This document shows positions 9,935 to 19,342 of a stretch of 64,000 bases of DNA, piece after piece. Positions within the stretch are counted from its first letter, which is position 1, and every line of letters starts with the position of its first letter. The notes under the pieces are model-generated. The model saw only the letters and a list, made by a program, of their open reading frames with translations. It was not told where the DNA came from and searched no databases. The position numbers were made by a program, and so were the translations under genes. The stretch is from Pirellulales bacterium (GTDB taxonomy: Bacteria; Planctomycetota; Planctomycetia; Pirellulales; JAEUIK01): the NCBI GenBank assembly GCA_019694435.1, contig JAIBBZ010000017.1, positions 41,565-105,564 on the forward strand. The letters are read 5' to 3'.

Positions 9935-10231
9935 TCATGCCGCGGCCGCAGCGAGCTGCGGCGCGCCTCGAAGCACCGTCTTCTGAAACCGTTCTCCGGT
10001 CGAGCCGTAGAACAGAATCGTGTTGCGATCGGTTTCCCAGATCGCGGAGAACTTCACCTGACGCGGTCCATGCAGGCAGAAATACATGCCACAGGGCCGG
10101 CCTCCGCGAACCAAAATGCGTTCGCTCAGGTGGAAGGCACCGAGTTCAAGTTGATCGTGTTGGCTAAGCGTTTCGACGACGTACGTTCTGAGTTGTTCCA
10201 GGTTGTGCAGTTCGGGAGAACTGGTCAGCAT
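9935..10231 (-). CDS. Small conserved hypothetical protein
   Basis: MLTSSPELHNLEQLRTYV...GRPCGMYFCLHGPRQVKFSAIWETDRNTILFYGSTGERF. Protein-like composition, resembles a planctomycete-specific family. Confidence 0.75.
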   Translation of the reverse strand: MLTSSPELHNLEQLRTYVVETLSQHDQLELGAFHLSERILVRGGRPCGMYFCLHGPRQVKFSAIWETDRNTILFYGSTGERFQKTVLRGAPQLAAAAA

Positions 10232-10540
10232 GAGGGTGGCTGCTCCTTCGCACATGCTCAAAGGATGCAATTCCAGTTGACCTCGATGGGTCGGCGGGGG
10301 TGGGGTGGGTGCCGCCAGAGATAGCTATCGGCAGAATGGGAAAGCTACTTGGCTTGGCGAATCCAAGAGGGCTGCGAAAAATTTGACGCGCAAGATTCGT
10401 GTTAGTGCGCGGTACTGCTTGGTGCAGTTGGTCTTACGGGTGCTTGCAGCCGCTGATGCGCGCGGTCCGACGCGAGGCCGCTTGTAGCGAAGGCGCCCTG
10501 CGGTAGCGAATGCGCTGCTTCCGTGCGCGCCGCGGATGCG

Positions 10541-11581
10541 TCACTTCGGTGTCTTGGCGTATTCCTCGTACGCCTCGGCGACATGCCCCTGCTCGACTTC
10601 GCCCAGGTGGAACAAGAACCGATAGCGCAACGTGATCGACTCGCCCGGCGGCAGCGTGTAGGAGCCATCCGCGGCTGCGTCGCCGGTGAAGTCGCGAATG
10701 CCGAACGGGTTGGCCGCGAACAGGCCATAGGTCCGCACGTGCCAGTACGTGGGGAAACGGAAGCTCGACGGGTGATTGAGAATCGCGACGCCGACATGTT
10801 GTCCGTCGACGGTGCCCTGGTAGTCGACCCATTCGGCAGGTTTGCCCCAGGCCTCGCCGTCGGCCTGGCCACGGCTGTTGACCAGGCGACGAGCGAGCGG
10901 GTCGGTGAACGTCGCTTCGTCGCCATGCTCGCGGCGAAACTTCTTCTCGTCCAGGAATCGACCGTCGACGTCCATCACCGTGGGGACGCGCAGCCCCAGG
11001 GTGCCTTCTTTCGTGTCGCCAAACACGACCGCGGCGTCGCCGGCGCGGAGCGTGATGTCGAAATCGATGCTGCGCCAATCATCACCGGCACGAAACTCGA
11101 GCACACGCTGATCTTCGAGGTGCTTTTTGCCCTCGGCATCGACCCAGTCGTTGACGGTTTCGACGACCACGGCGCCGTCGGCCAGCTCGACGCGTTTGAA
11201 CTCGCGATGCACGGTTTGCCCCTTGCCGCGCCCCTCGGCCCAGAAGTCGACGCCGTCGACGCTGCCGTGCGTGAACCACAGCGAGCGGTGATGGCCGTGA
11301 TCGAACTTCTCGCCTTTGACTTTTTCCATGGGGAACGACCTGGTCATCTTCTGCCCCCGCGGACCGAAAATCGGCCAGACGATCGGCTTCGACCCGCTCT
11401 TGGTCAGGTATTCCGCAAAGGGCTGGCCGTCGACCTGGATCACGACCCGGTCGTTGGCCTGCTCGAAGGTCAATTCGGCGGCCACGATCGGTCCGGCGCC
11501 GACGGCAAGGCATGCCAGCGTCACGAGGCCCACGGCCACAACGCGGCACGGCGCAGGAAGCGTGAGTACGGTCCGATTCAT
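10541..11581 (-). CDS. DUF6807 / 'PmoA'-named family secreted beta-sandwich protein
   Basis: Signal peptide, KPIVWP, DHGHHRSLWF, FGDTKEG, WHVRTYGLFAANPFG. Start ATG 11581 after AGGGAA. Confidence 0.8.
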   Translation of the reverse strand: MNRTVLTLPAPCRVVAVGLVTLACLAVGAGPIVAAELTFEQANDRVVIQVDGQPFAEYLTKSGSKPIVWPIFGPRGQKMTRSFPMEKVKGEKFDHGHHRSLWFTHGSVDGVDFWAEGRGKGQTVHREFKRVELADGAVVVETVNDWVDAEGKKHLEDQRVLEFRAGDDWRSIDFDITLRAGDAAVVFGDTKEGTLGLRVPTVMDVDGRFLDEKKFRREHGDEATFTDPLARRLVNSRGQADGEAWGKPAEWVDYQGTVDGQHVGVAILNHPSSFRFPTYWHVRTYGLFAANPFGIRDFTGDAAADGSYTLPPGESITLRYRFLFHLGEVEQGHVAEAYEEYAKTPK

Positions 11582-11701
11582 ATTCCCTGTTCCCTCTGCA
11601 AAGATTCGCGCTCGATACGGCGCCTGGCCGCCGCGCGGGATCGATCCTAATCCAACCGGCCGCGCGACGCCACACACCCGGCGCCGGGCGGGCCGCACGT
11701 G

Positions 11702-12364
11702 CTAACGCCCGATCGCCAGGTCGGGCAGGGCCTTTTTCAGGTGCCGCAGCGTGAGCCAGCCGACGCGCGTGTCGCGAACGCCCAGCCAGTTGAGACGCGG
11801 CAGTTCTGCTAGTTGCCGAACGGCGCCACCGACGTCGGTGCCGTCGAGGGCAACTTGTTGCAGGCTGACAAAATGCAACAGCACTTCCAGGCCCTCGTCG
11901 GTGACCAAGGTTCCGGACAGATCGAGCCGCCTCAGCGCCGAAAGCGAAGCAAGATGCTCCTGAGCCAGGGTCTCCAACTCGGCATCTCCCACGGGCAGCG
12001 CCGATAGATCGATCCCGACGATGCGCTCGTGCAACTGCGCGAAATCCTCACCGATTTCGTGGATCAACCAGTCGATCTGTTCGAGCTCGACGTGGCCGCC
12101 CCAGCGCGCGACGTCGGCCAGGCAGGCCTCGTGCACGATGAACCGCTCGACGGCCGAACCAATCCAACGCCGCCGACTTTCGAAAAACTGTGCATATTCC
12201 AGCGCCCGCTGGTAATGCTCTTCCAGCGCGATGAATTGTTCGCGCGTGCCTCCGCGGTCCGGATGCACCGCTTTGACCTTGTGCAAAAAGGCCTGCTTAA
12301 CGTCATCGGGCGTGCAAGGCGGCAACAAGCCCAAGGCGGCCAGAAACTCCGGACGCTGGTCCAT
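11702..12364 (-). CDS. J-domain (DnaJ-like) + leucine-rich-repeat protein
   Basis: LGL...DVKQAF...VHPDRGG (HPD motif). C-terminal LRRs: LRRLDLSGTLVTDEGL, LNWLGVRDTRV. Confidence 0.8.
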   Translation of the reverse strand: MDQRPEFLAALGLLPPCTPDDVKQAFLHKVKAVHPDRGGTREQFIALEEHYQRALEYAQFFESRRRWIGSAVERFIVHEACLADVARWGGHVELEQIDWLIHEIGEDFAQLHERIVGIDLSALPVGDAELETLAQEHLASLSALRRLDLSGTLVTDEGLEVLLHFVSLQQVALDGTDVGGAVRQLAELPRLNWLGVRDTRVGWLTLRHLKKALPDLAIGR

Positions 12365-12469
12365 GCGGCAATCGTCCCCGTGGCTGAATGGCCCCCCGGC
12401 GACAGCGCCGGCCCCCACGCGGACATTGTTGGCCCCAGGGCCCGCGGAGTCAAAACGGTGCGTAGCACC

Positions 12470-13276
12470 TTAACGATTTGCCACCTGGCGCTGAATGCTC
12501 GCCTGGTATTCGGGGAAGCCAACGCGGCGCAGCGTCGCCAATTGCCGGCGCAGACCTTGCACGCGCTGAGCGTCGTCATCGAGGCGCTGGGTGGAGAACT
12601 CATGCTCGCTGCGCAGCCGGACGGTGCGCGCCTGTTTGCCGGTGCCCGCCGTGTACCGCAGCTCGATCGACTGGGCCACCACGCGATGCGCCGCCAGCGA
12701 TCGATCGAGCGCCAGCCGCCCGAACGGCGGCAGCCCACCCGGATGTAGCATGGCGTTCACTCGGGCGAGGAAGCTCGTGTATTCGACATAAGCCGCGGCT
12801 GTCACGCCTGCCGGTGCCGGGGTTACCTGTGCCTGGTACGACAGCCAGCGGTGCTCGAGCGAAAGTCGCCCCGCTTCCGCGTCGAATCGCTCTTCGAAGC
12901 GTGGGTCGGCCAAGAATCGCAACACCGGCTCGGATTGCTGGCCGCACCATGTGCGGAGACCCTGTTCGAACGCGGCGACTTCCGCGGCACTCAGCTCGAC
13001 TTGGACGCCGCCGGCGGGGTTGAGCAGTGTGCAGCGTTTGCCGGCCTGGTCGTAAACCGTCGCCAGATCCTCGCCAACTAGCTGGTCGAAGATTTGCGTG
13101 CCTTCAGCCAGGGTGACGGAGTGGCTGATCGGCTTCCGTTCGTCGCCTCGATAGACGCGATTCTCGGCCCGCCACGATTGTGCCTGCGCGGATGGCCCCG
13201 GCAGGATCGAACTGACAGCAGCCAGCACTGTGACCAGGGCGATTGCCGCCGGGGTACGTGGCGAAACCGTGGCCAT
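12470..13276 (-). CDS. Secreted hypothetical protein
   Basis: Signal peptide ending AQAQ, globular composition, motif LPPFGRLAL. No recognised family. Confidence 0.7.
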   Translation of the reverse strand: MATVSPRTPAAIALVTVLAAVSSILPGPSAQAQSWRAENRVYRGDERKPISHSVTLAEGTQIFDQLVGEDLATVYDQAGKRCTLLNPAGGVQVELSAAEVAAFEQGLRTWCGQQSEPVLRFLADPRFEERFDAEAGRLSLEHRWLSYQAQVTPAPAGVTAAAYVEYTSFLARVNAMLHPGGLPPFGRLALDRSLAAHRVVAQSIELRYTAGTGKQARTVRLRSEHEFSTQRLDDDAQRVQGLRRQLATLRRVGFPEYQASIQRQVANR

Positions 13277-13406
13277 GACATGCGCCTCCGTGCGCGCAGG
13301 AATGCGATGGTGCCCGATTGCGCGGCAGGATACCGCTCGGCTCCCGGCGGCGTAAACGCCAATGCGGCCGACGGTCAGCCCGATGCGCGGTGCTGGCACG
13401 CGCGGC

Positions 13407-14726
13407 TTAGGCCTTGTGGATCCGCTCGCGGTGCTGCGTGACGTTCTTCGTCGCGTTGCGCGTATCGATCACCAACTTCGCGTGCTTGACGATGAAGTCG
13501 TAATCGTAGGCCGAGTGATCCGTGGCGATGAGCACCAGGTCCTGGGCAGCCAGATACTCCGGCGTGAGGTCCTGGCTGTCCATCGCCGGCAGGTTGTGGG
13601 CCCGCATCTTGGGTAGCTTCGGCACATGCGGGTCGTTATAGGTCAATGCGGCCCCGCGCGCCAGCAGGCCTTCCATCAGCACAAACGACGGGCTTTCGCG
13701 AGGGTCGTCGACGTCTTTCTTGTAGGCGACGCCCAAGAGCGCCACCTTGCTTCCCTTCAGCGGTTTGGCGTGCGCGTTGAGCACCTCCATGCACTGTTCC
13801 ACGACGTATTCGGGCATCGACGAATTGATCTCGCCGGCCAGCTCGATGAACTTCGTGTTCTGCCCGTATTTGCGCGCCACCCAGGTGAGATAGAACGGGT
13901 CGATCGGGATGCAGTGCCCGCCGAGCCCCGGCCCGGGATAAAACGCCTGGAAGCCGAAGGGCTTAGTCTTGGCGGCGTCGATCACTTCCCAGACGTCGAT
14001 CCCCATCCGCGTGAACAACACCTTCAGCTCGTTGACCAAGGCGATGTTGATCGCGCGGTAGGTGTTTTCCAGGATCTTGCAGGCCTCGGCCACTTCACAG
14101 TTGCCGACCGGTACGGTGCGGACGACCGCCGCGCCGTACATCAGCTCGGCCAAACGGGCGCTCGTGGCGTCGATGCCGCCGACGACTTTCGGAATGTTGC
14201 TCGCGGCGAACTGGGGGTTGCCCGGGTCTTCGCGTTCGGGGCTATAGGCCAGGTGGAAATCCTTGCCGGCCTTCAGACCGCTCTTTTCCAGGATGGGCAG
14301 CACCACGTCGCGCGTCGTGCCGGGATACGTCGTGCTCTCCAGGACGATCAGCTGCCCGGGCCGTAAGGCCTTGGCGATCTGCTCGGCGGTGCCCTCGACA
14401 TAGCTCAAATCGGGATCGCGCGTCTCGGACAGCGGCGTCGGCACGCAGATCAGCACCGCGTCGGCTTCTCCCAGCCGCGACATGTCTGCCGTCGGCGTGA
14501 ATTTCTCGCTGCGAATGCAGTCGGCGATCCACTCCGACTTGATGTGCGCGATGTAGCTCTTCCCCTGCAGCAGCGCGTCGACTTTCTTCTGATCGACGTC
14601 GTAACCGAGGGTGCGGAACCCAGCGTTGGTAAAGGCCTGTATCAGTGGCAGACCCACGTAGCCAAGGCCCACGACGCCGATTTTGGCGCGCTTCTCGCGA
14701 AGCGCCTGTTCAAGTGCTTGAGACAT
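13407..14726 (-). CDS. Nucleotide-sugar (UDP-GlcNAc-type) 6-dehydrogenase, WbpA-like
   Basis: GLGYVGLP, ICVPTPL, LESTTYPGTT, SPEREDPGN, GPGLGGHCIPIDP, YKKDVDDPRESP. Confidence 0.92.
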   Translation of the reverse strand: MSQALEQALREKRAKIGVVGLGYVGLPLIQAFTNAGFRTLGYDVDQKKVDALLQGKSYIAHIKSEWIADCIRSEKFTPTADMSRLGEADAVLICVPTPLSETRDPDLSYVEGTAEQIAKALRPGQLIVLESTTYPGTTRDVVLPILEKSGLKAGKDFHLAYSPEREDPGNPQFAASNIPKVVGGIDATSARLAELMYGAAVVRTVPVGNCEVAEACKILENTYRAINIALVNELKVLFTRMGIDVWEVIDAAKTKPFGFQAFYPGPGLGGHCIPIDPFYLTWVARKYGQNTKFIELAGEINSSMPEYVVEQCMEVLNAHAKPLKGSKVALLGVAYKKDVDDPRESPSFVLMEGLLARGAALTYNDPHVPKLPKMRAHNLPAMDSQDLTPEYLAAQDLVLIATDHSAYDYDFIVKHAKLVIDTRNATKNVTQHRERIHKA

Positions 14727-14814
14727 AGGATTGCGCGGTGCGGGTGCGGAGAAAGGTTCGCCCGGGGCTGGAAACGCTTCGACGAGCCGGGCTCAGGTGC
14801 CAGGAAAACAGCCT

Positions 14815-14820
14815 AGTATA
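14815..14820 (-). promoter_or_regulatory. Possible -10 box upstream of the dehydrogenase
   Basis: TATACT on the minus strand in a GC-rich intergenic region. The -35 element is weak. Confidence 0.3.
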
Positions 14821-14912
14821 ACGGCGGCCACGGCGGAATTCATGACTGACGGCGGAAGATCCGCCGCTGCGGGCCGCTACACTGCCGCCGCGGCAGAGTC
14901 GCCGCCGGGGGA

Positions 14913-15860
14913 CTATTTCTTCCCTCCGACCAGCTCGCGGTAGTAGCTGATCGACCGCCGCAGGCCTTCCTCAAAGCCGACCTGGGGCTCGTAGCCGAGG
15001 TACTTGCGCGCCAGCGTGATGTCGGCCAGGCTCTCGCGCACATCGCCGGCCCGGGCCGGTTCGTGCAGCGGCTGGACCTTCGTGCCTAATAGCTCGTTGA
15101 GCGCGCCAATCAGCTCCAACAGGTTCGTCGTGCGGCCATTGGCCACATTGATCGTCATGCCAGAGACGTTCGGAGCGTCGGCCGCCAGGAGATTGCCGTG
15201 AACGACGTTCGCCACGAAGGTGAAGTCGCGCGACTGTTGTCCGTCGCCGTAAATCACTGGCTGACGGCCGGCTAACAGCGCGGTAATGAACCGTGGAATC
15301 ACGGCCGAATATTGGCTGTCGGGATCTTGCCGCGGGCCGAACACGTTGAAGTAGCGCAGGCTCACCGTTTCGATGCCATAGGTGGCCGAGGCCGCCTGCA
15401 AATACAACTCGCCGGCCAGCTTCGCGGCACCATACGGCGAGATCGGCCGGGGCAGATCGCTTTCGCGCTTCGAGCTGGTCGGCTGATCGCCGTAGGCGCT
15501 GCTCGACGCTGCATAAACGATCCGGCGCACGCCCGCCTTGCGGGCCTCGTCGATCAGCGACAACGTGCCGGTCACGCAGGCTGCGTTGGTGTCGAGAGGG
15601 CGTTCGACGCTGCGCGGCACGCTCGCCAAGGCCGCCTCGTGGAAGATGCAATCGATGCCGGCCACGGCGCCGCGCACGGCGGCCGGATCGGTCAGCGTGC
15701 CTTCGACCAGCTCGATCTTGTTGCCCAGGTGGGCCAGGTTGCGGCGATGACCGGTGCTGAAGTCGTCGAACACCCGCACGCGGTCGCCACGCTCGACCAG
15801 GGCCGTTGCGATGTGTGAGCCGATGAAACCTGCACCGCCGGTGACGAGAAAAGTCCGCAT
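14913..15860 (-). CDS. NAD-dependent nucleotide-sugar epimerase (WbpP/GalE-like extended SDR)
   Basis: TGGAGFIGS, ASSSAYG, YGAAK, LRYFNVFGPRQDP, YSAVIP. Confidence 0.92.
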   Translation of the reverse strand: MRTFLVTGGAGFIGSHIATALVERGDRVRVFDDFSTGHRRNLAHLGNKIELVEGTLTDPAAVRGAVAGIDCIFHEAALASVPRSVERPLDTNAACVTGTLSLIDEARKAGVRRIVYAASSSAYGDQPTSSKRESDLPRPISPYGAAKLAGELYLQAASATYGIETVSLRYFNVFGPRQDPDSQYSAVIPRFITALLAGRQPVIYGDGQQSRDFTFVANVVHGNLLAADAPNVSGMTINVANGRTTNLLELIGALNELLGTKVQPLHEPARAGDVRESLADITLARKYLGYEPQVGFEEGLRRSISYYRELVGGKK

Positions 15861-16147
15861 GATTGCCGCGAGCTCACCTGGAACGACGACCCCTGAACAG
15901 CACGGTGCACGGCGTCACGAAAGCGTGGTTCAACGCACGAGCACCCAGAAAAGTTAGCCCGCAATGTAGTCCTCGCTCCCCCGAGCGGCAAGCAACGGCG
16001 CGCACCGGATGCCAGCATGGCGGCCGCAAAACCGATACGATCGCCACGCACGGCGGGGTGCACGCGCTGCCGGGTGTTGCTGCACCGCGCCAGGTACGTT
16101 GGGCTGCGCCACGGGGCACGGCCGCTGCGCCGGTCGCCAGTGCCGCG

Positions 16148-16348
16148 TTAGAACAGCGTGTAGATGAACGGGGCCGCGCCGCTGCCGGCAAACATGGCCA
16201 GAACGCCGACCAGGCCCACCACGAGCAGGATCGGCAGCAGCCACCACTTCTTGTTGTGCTTCAAGAAGTCGATGAACTCGGCAGCCAAGCTGGGCTGCGC
16301 CTCGTCGGCCATCTGTTCGAACTTCTTGCCTGGATCTTGAGGGCTCAT
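16148..16348 (-). CDS. DUF5989 / SxtK-like small single-pass membrane protein
   Basis: 66 aa: ...FLKHNKKWWLLPILLVVGLVGVLAMFAGSGAAPFIYTLF. Follows SxtJ-like and carbamoyltransferase genes. Confidence 0.85.
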   Translation of the reverse strand: MSPQDPGKKFEQMADEAQPSLAAEFIDFLKHNKKWWLLPILLVVGLVGVLAMFAGSGAAPFIYTLF

Positions 16349-16403
16349 GTTTGCTGCCGTGGAAACGAGGATCGTCGGGTGTGCCCTGGTCAGGGCTGTG
16401 AGT

Positions 16404-16814
16404 CTAGAACTGGCGCAGATACCGCTCTGGACCGCGATTGGGATTGTACGGTTCCCAATAGCTGGCTGCCGAGCGGTCGAGCTTGCGCCGCAAGGCATCT
16501 CGCCCGATCAGGCGGAACACCAGGGCCACAGGGGTGAAAATGCCAAAATAGATCAAGCCCAGGGCGAGGTGGGAGACCACGAAGCCAATCGGCCAGGTCA
16601 CCAGGCTTAGCCCCAGGAAGGGGTATTTCACCCACTGCGGATTGATCAGCGCCAGCCCGCGCAGCGCGATCGCCGCGACCCAGAAGACGATGGCCGTGGT
16701 TTCATGGCCGCGATACAGCGACCAGGGCGCAGCCACCAGGCCCAAGAGGAACATGCCGAACTCGGCAAATTCCCTGAGCGTCTTGTCCGAGGGGTTCCAG
16801 TTGAGTTGATGCAT
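16404..16814 (-). CDS. SxtJ family membrane protein
   Basis: LREF, hydrophobic helices, IYFGIFTPVALVFRLIGRDAL, SYW...YLRQF C-terminus. Confidence 0.85.
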   Translation of the reverse strand: MHQLNWNPSDKTLREFAEFGMFLLGLVAAPWSLYRGHETTAIVFWVAAIALRGLALINPQWVKYPFLGLSLVTWPIGFVVSHLALGLIYFGIFTPVALVFRLIGRDALRRKLDRSAASYWEPYNPNRGPERYLRQF

Positions 16815-16852
16815 GGCGGTTCGATTGCAGGTGCGGCGGGCAGACCCCGGCG

Positions 16853-18691
16853 CTAGTCCAGTTGGAATTGGGCCAGGTAGGCCTCGGCCTCGGCCTCGCT
16901 CAGCGGGCGCTGATCGTCCTTCTTCAATACGAAATTCTCGAGCACGAGCACGTCCATGTTGCTGCCCAGGAAGCAGCGATAGGCGTCCTCGGGCGTGCAG
17001 ACGATCGGCTCGCCTCGCACGTTGAAGCTGGTGTTGATCAGCACGGGGCTGCCGGTCTGCTGTTCGAACGCGCGGAGCAGCTTGTAATACCGTCCGTGCC
17101 GGTCAAGGTCGACCGTCTGGACGCGGGCCGAGTAATCGACGTGCGTCACGGCCGGCACCACGCTACGGGGCACCTTGAGCTTTTCGATACCTTCGAGACC
17201 GTCGGCCCGGCCGTTCACTTGCAGCCTTTTTCCGTCGCGCACCGGGGCCACGAGCAGCATGTAAGGGCTGTCCTCGAACGGCCGCATTTCGAAGTATTCG
17301 TCCACCTTTTCCTGCAACACGGCCGGGGCGAACGGGCGGAACGATTCGCGGAACTTGATCTTCAAGTTCATCGTCGACTGCATGGCCTCGCTGCGCGCAT
17401 CGCCCAGGATGCTGCGGGCGCCGAGCGCACGGGGACCGAACTCCATCCGGCCGGACAGCCAGCCGACGACCTTTTCGCTCGCCAGCAGCCGGGCGACTTC
17501 GTCGCAGAGCTTGTCTTCGTCCTCAATGTACGTGTAGGGCGCGTCGACCTTGCGGAGGAAGCGTTCGATTTGCGTGCGCGTGAATTGCGGGCCCAGCAGC
17601 GAGCCCTGTTGGGCATCGCGTGGCGAGGCTTGCCGTGGGTTGTCGAGGAGCTGGTAGTGGATGAACTCGGCCACGCCCAGGGCCCCGCCGGCGTCGCCCG
17701 CGGCCGGTTGAATCCAGATGTTCTCAAACGGCCCGTCGCGAAGAATGCGGCCGTTTCCCACGCAATTGAGCGCCACGCCGCCGGCGAGCACGAGGTTCCG
17801 GCAGCCGGTCGTCGTCTGCACGTGCCGGGCCGCACGCAGCATGATTTCTTCGGTCACGGCCTGGACCGACGCGGCGAGATCCATTTCGCGTTGCGTGACG
17901 CGCGATTCCGGCTCGCGCGGGGGACCGCCGAACAAGCGATGAAACTTGTCCGAGGTCATCGTCAGTCCCTGACAGTAGTTGAAATACGACATGTCCATCC
18001 GGAACGACCCGTCGAGCTTCAAGTCGATCAGGTGTTCGAGGATCAACGGCGCGAATCTCGGCGTCCCGTAGGGTGCCAGGCCCATCACCTTGTATTCACC
18101 GCTGTTGACCTTGAAGCCGGTGTAATAGGTGAAGGCCGAGTACAGCAGGCCGAGCGAGTGGGGAAAACTGAGTTGATGCGTGAGCTCGATGCGATTGCCG
18201 CGGCCCACGCCGAAACTGGCCGTCGCCCATTCGCCCACGCCGTCGAGCGTGAGGATGGCGGCCTCGTCGAAGGGCGAGGGGAAGAACGCGCTGGCCGCAT
18301 GTGACTCGTGGTGCTCGACGAATACGAATCGCTTCTTGTACTCTCCCTTGAGCCCTTCGGACATCGTCCGGGGCATGAACAGTTTCTCGCGAATCCACAG
18401 CGGCAGGGCCTTGCAGAACGAGCGGAAACCGGCCGGGGCGTACGCCAGGTAGGTCTCCAACAACCGCTCGAACTTCAACAGCGGCTTGTCGTAAAACCCA
18501 ACCCAGTCGAGTTCCGAAGCCTTGAGCCCTGCCTCGGCGAGACAGTATTCGATGGCATGCGTGGGGAAGCCGTAGTCGTGCTTCTTGCGGGTGAACCGCT
18601 CTTCCTGCGCGGCAGCTACGATCCGCCCGTCGACGACCAGGGCCGCCGCCGAATCGTGATAAAACGCCGAAATCCCGAGAATCGCCGCCAT
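16853..18691 (-). CDS. O-carbamoyltransferase (NodU/CmcH/TobZ/SxtI family)
   Basis: FYHDSAA, QEERFTRKKH, EHHESHAASAF, DGVGE, EYKVMGLAPYG, MEFGPRALGARS, KFRESFRPFAP, NTSFNVRGEP. Confidence 0.95.
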   Translation of the reverse strand: MAAILGISAFYHDSAAALVVDGRIVAAAQEERFTRKKHDYGFPTHAIEYCLAEAGLKASELDWVGFYDKPLLKFERLLETYLAYAPAGFRSFCKALPLWIREKLFMPRTMSEGLKGEYKKRFVFVEHHESHAASAFFPSPFDEAAILTLDGVGEWATASFGVGRGNRIELTHQLSFPHSLGLLYSAFTYYTGFKVNSGEYKVMGLAPYGTPRFAPLILEHLIDLKLDGSFRMDMSYFNYCQGLTMTSDKFHRLFGGPPREPESRVTQREMDLAASVQAVTEEIMLRAARHVQTTTGCRNLVLAGGVALNCVGNGRILRDGPFENIWIQPAAGDAGGALGVAEFIHYQLLDNPRQASPRDAQQGSLLGPQFTRTQIERFLRKVDAPYTYIEDEDKLCDEVARLLASEKVVGWLSGRMEFGPRALGARSILGDARSEAMQSTMNLKIKFRESFRPFAPAVLQEKVDEYFEMRPFEDSPYMLLVAPVRDGKRLQVNGRADGLEGIEKLKVPRSVVPAVTHVDYSARVQTVDLDRHGRYYKLLRAFEQQTGSPVLINTSFNVRGEPIVCTPEDAYRCFLGSNMDVLVLENFVLKKDDQRPLSEAEAEAYLAQFQLD

Positions 18692-19342
18692 GATCGCCGG
18701 TGCAGGAGTGACTGGAGAGGGCCGCCCCCTGAAGGAGGCCGTCGCCGAAATGGGGGGCGCGTAGCCGACGGTTGAGGAGCGAGGTCTACGGCGCCGATCG
18801 GTGCCCCGTGGCTAATTTGCTAGCTTCAAGGCCAGGGCGAACCTTGTCAAGCAATGCGCACCAGGGGAAAGCTGCGGATTGCCAGCAGCTTGCGCGAATG
18901 TTTCGAATGTCCGGTTCGTAGCGATCGCGGCGCAAACGGTCGTGCGCGCGGCGTTAGCGATTGGTTTGCCTGTGCCGCGCTCCGACGCCGATTTGTTCGC
19001 GGCGACAGGCTCCGGCCCCGGCGGCGCACGGTCGGAGGCCAAGTAAGATAGCGGTTTTGGTCAGAACAGGTATCGGGCCAGTGGACTCGCGGCGCTTCTG
19101 CCCTCTGGACAGGCGCGTCAGGGACGCCAAAATGGCCGGTTTCCGTTCCATCCGTCGGTCGTTCTCCGGATCGCGTCGTCTCGCTGGATTCGGGGTACCG
19201 CTTCGAGCAGGCTGCTCGCCGGAGTCATTCCGGATTCGGTGCCGACGGTTGACGCCGTTGCCCGCGACGGCTGCGTGAGTCCTGGTTTTGGCAGCGCACG
19301 CTGCAAACGTTTTTTTCCGGGTTTCGTTTGGGGGAGCCTGTT

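Noticed and set aside
10541..11581. Particulate methane monooxygenase subunit
   Set aside because: This is a soluble secreted protein of the misleadingly named 'PmoA' family. It has no multi-TM structure and no pmoC/pmoB nearby.
16148..18691. Saxitoxin gene cluster (sxtI/J/K homologues)
   Set aside because: No sxtA PKS-like gene, amidinotransferase or other core sxt genes. The context is glycan biosynthesis.
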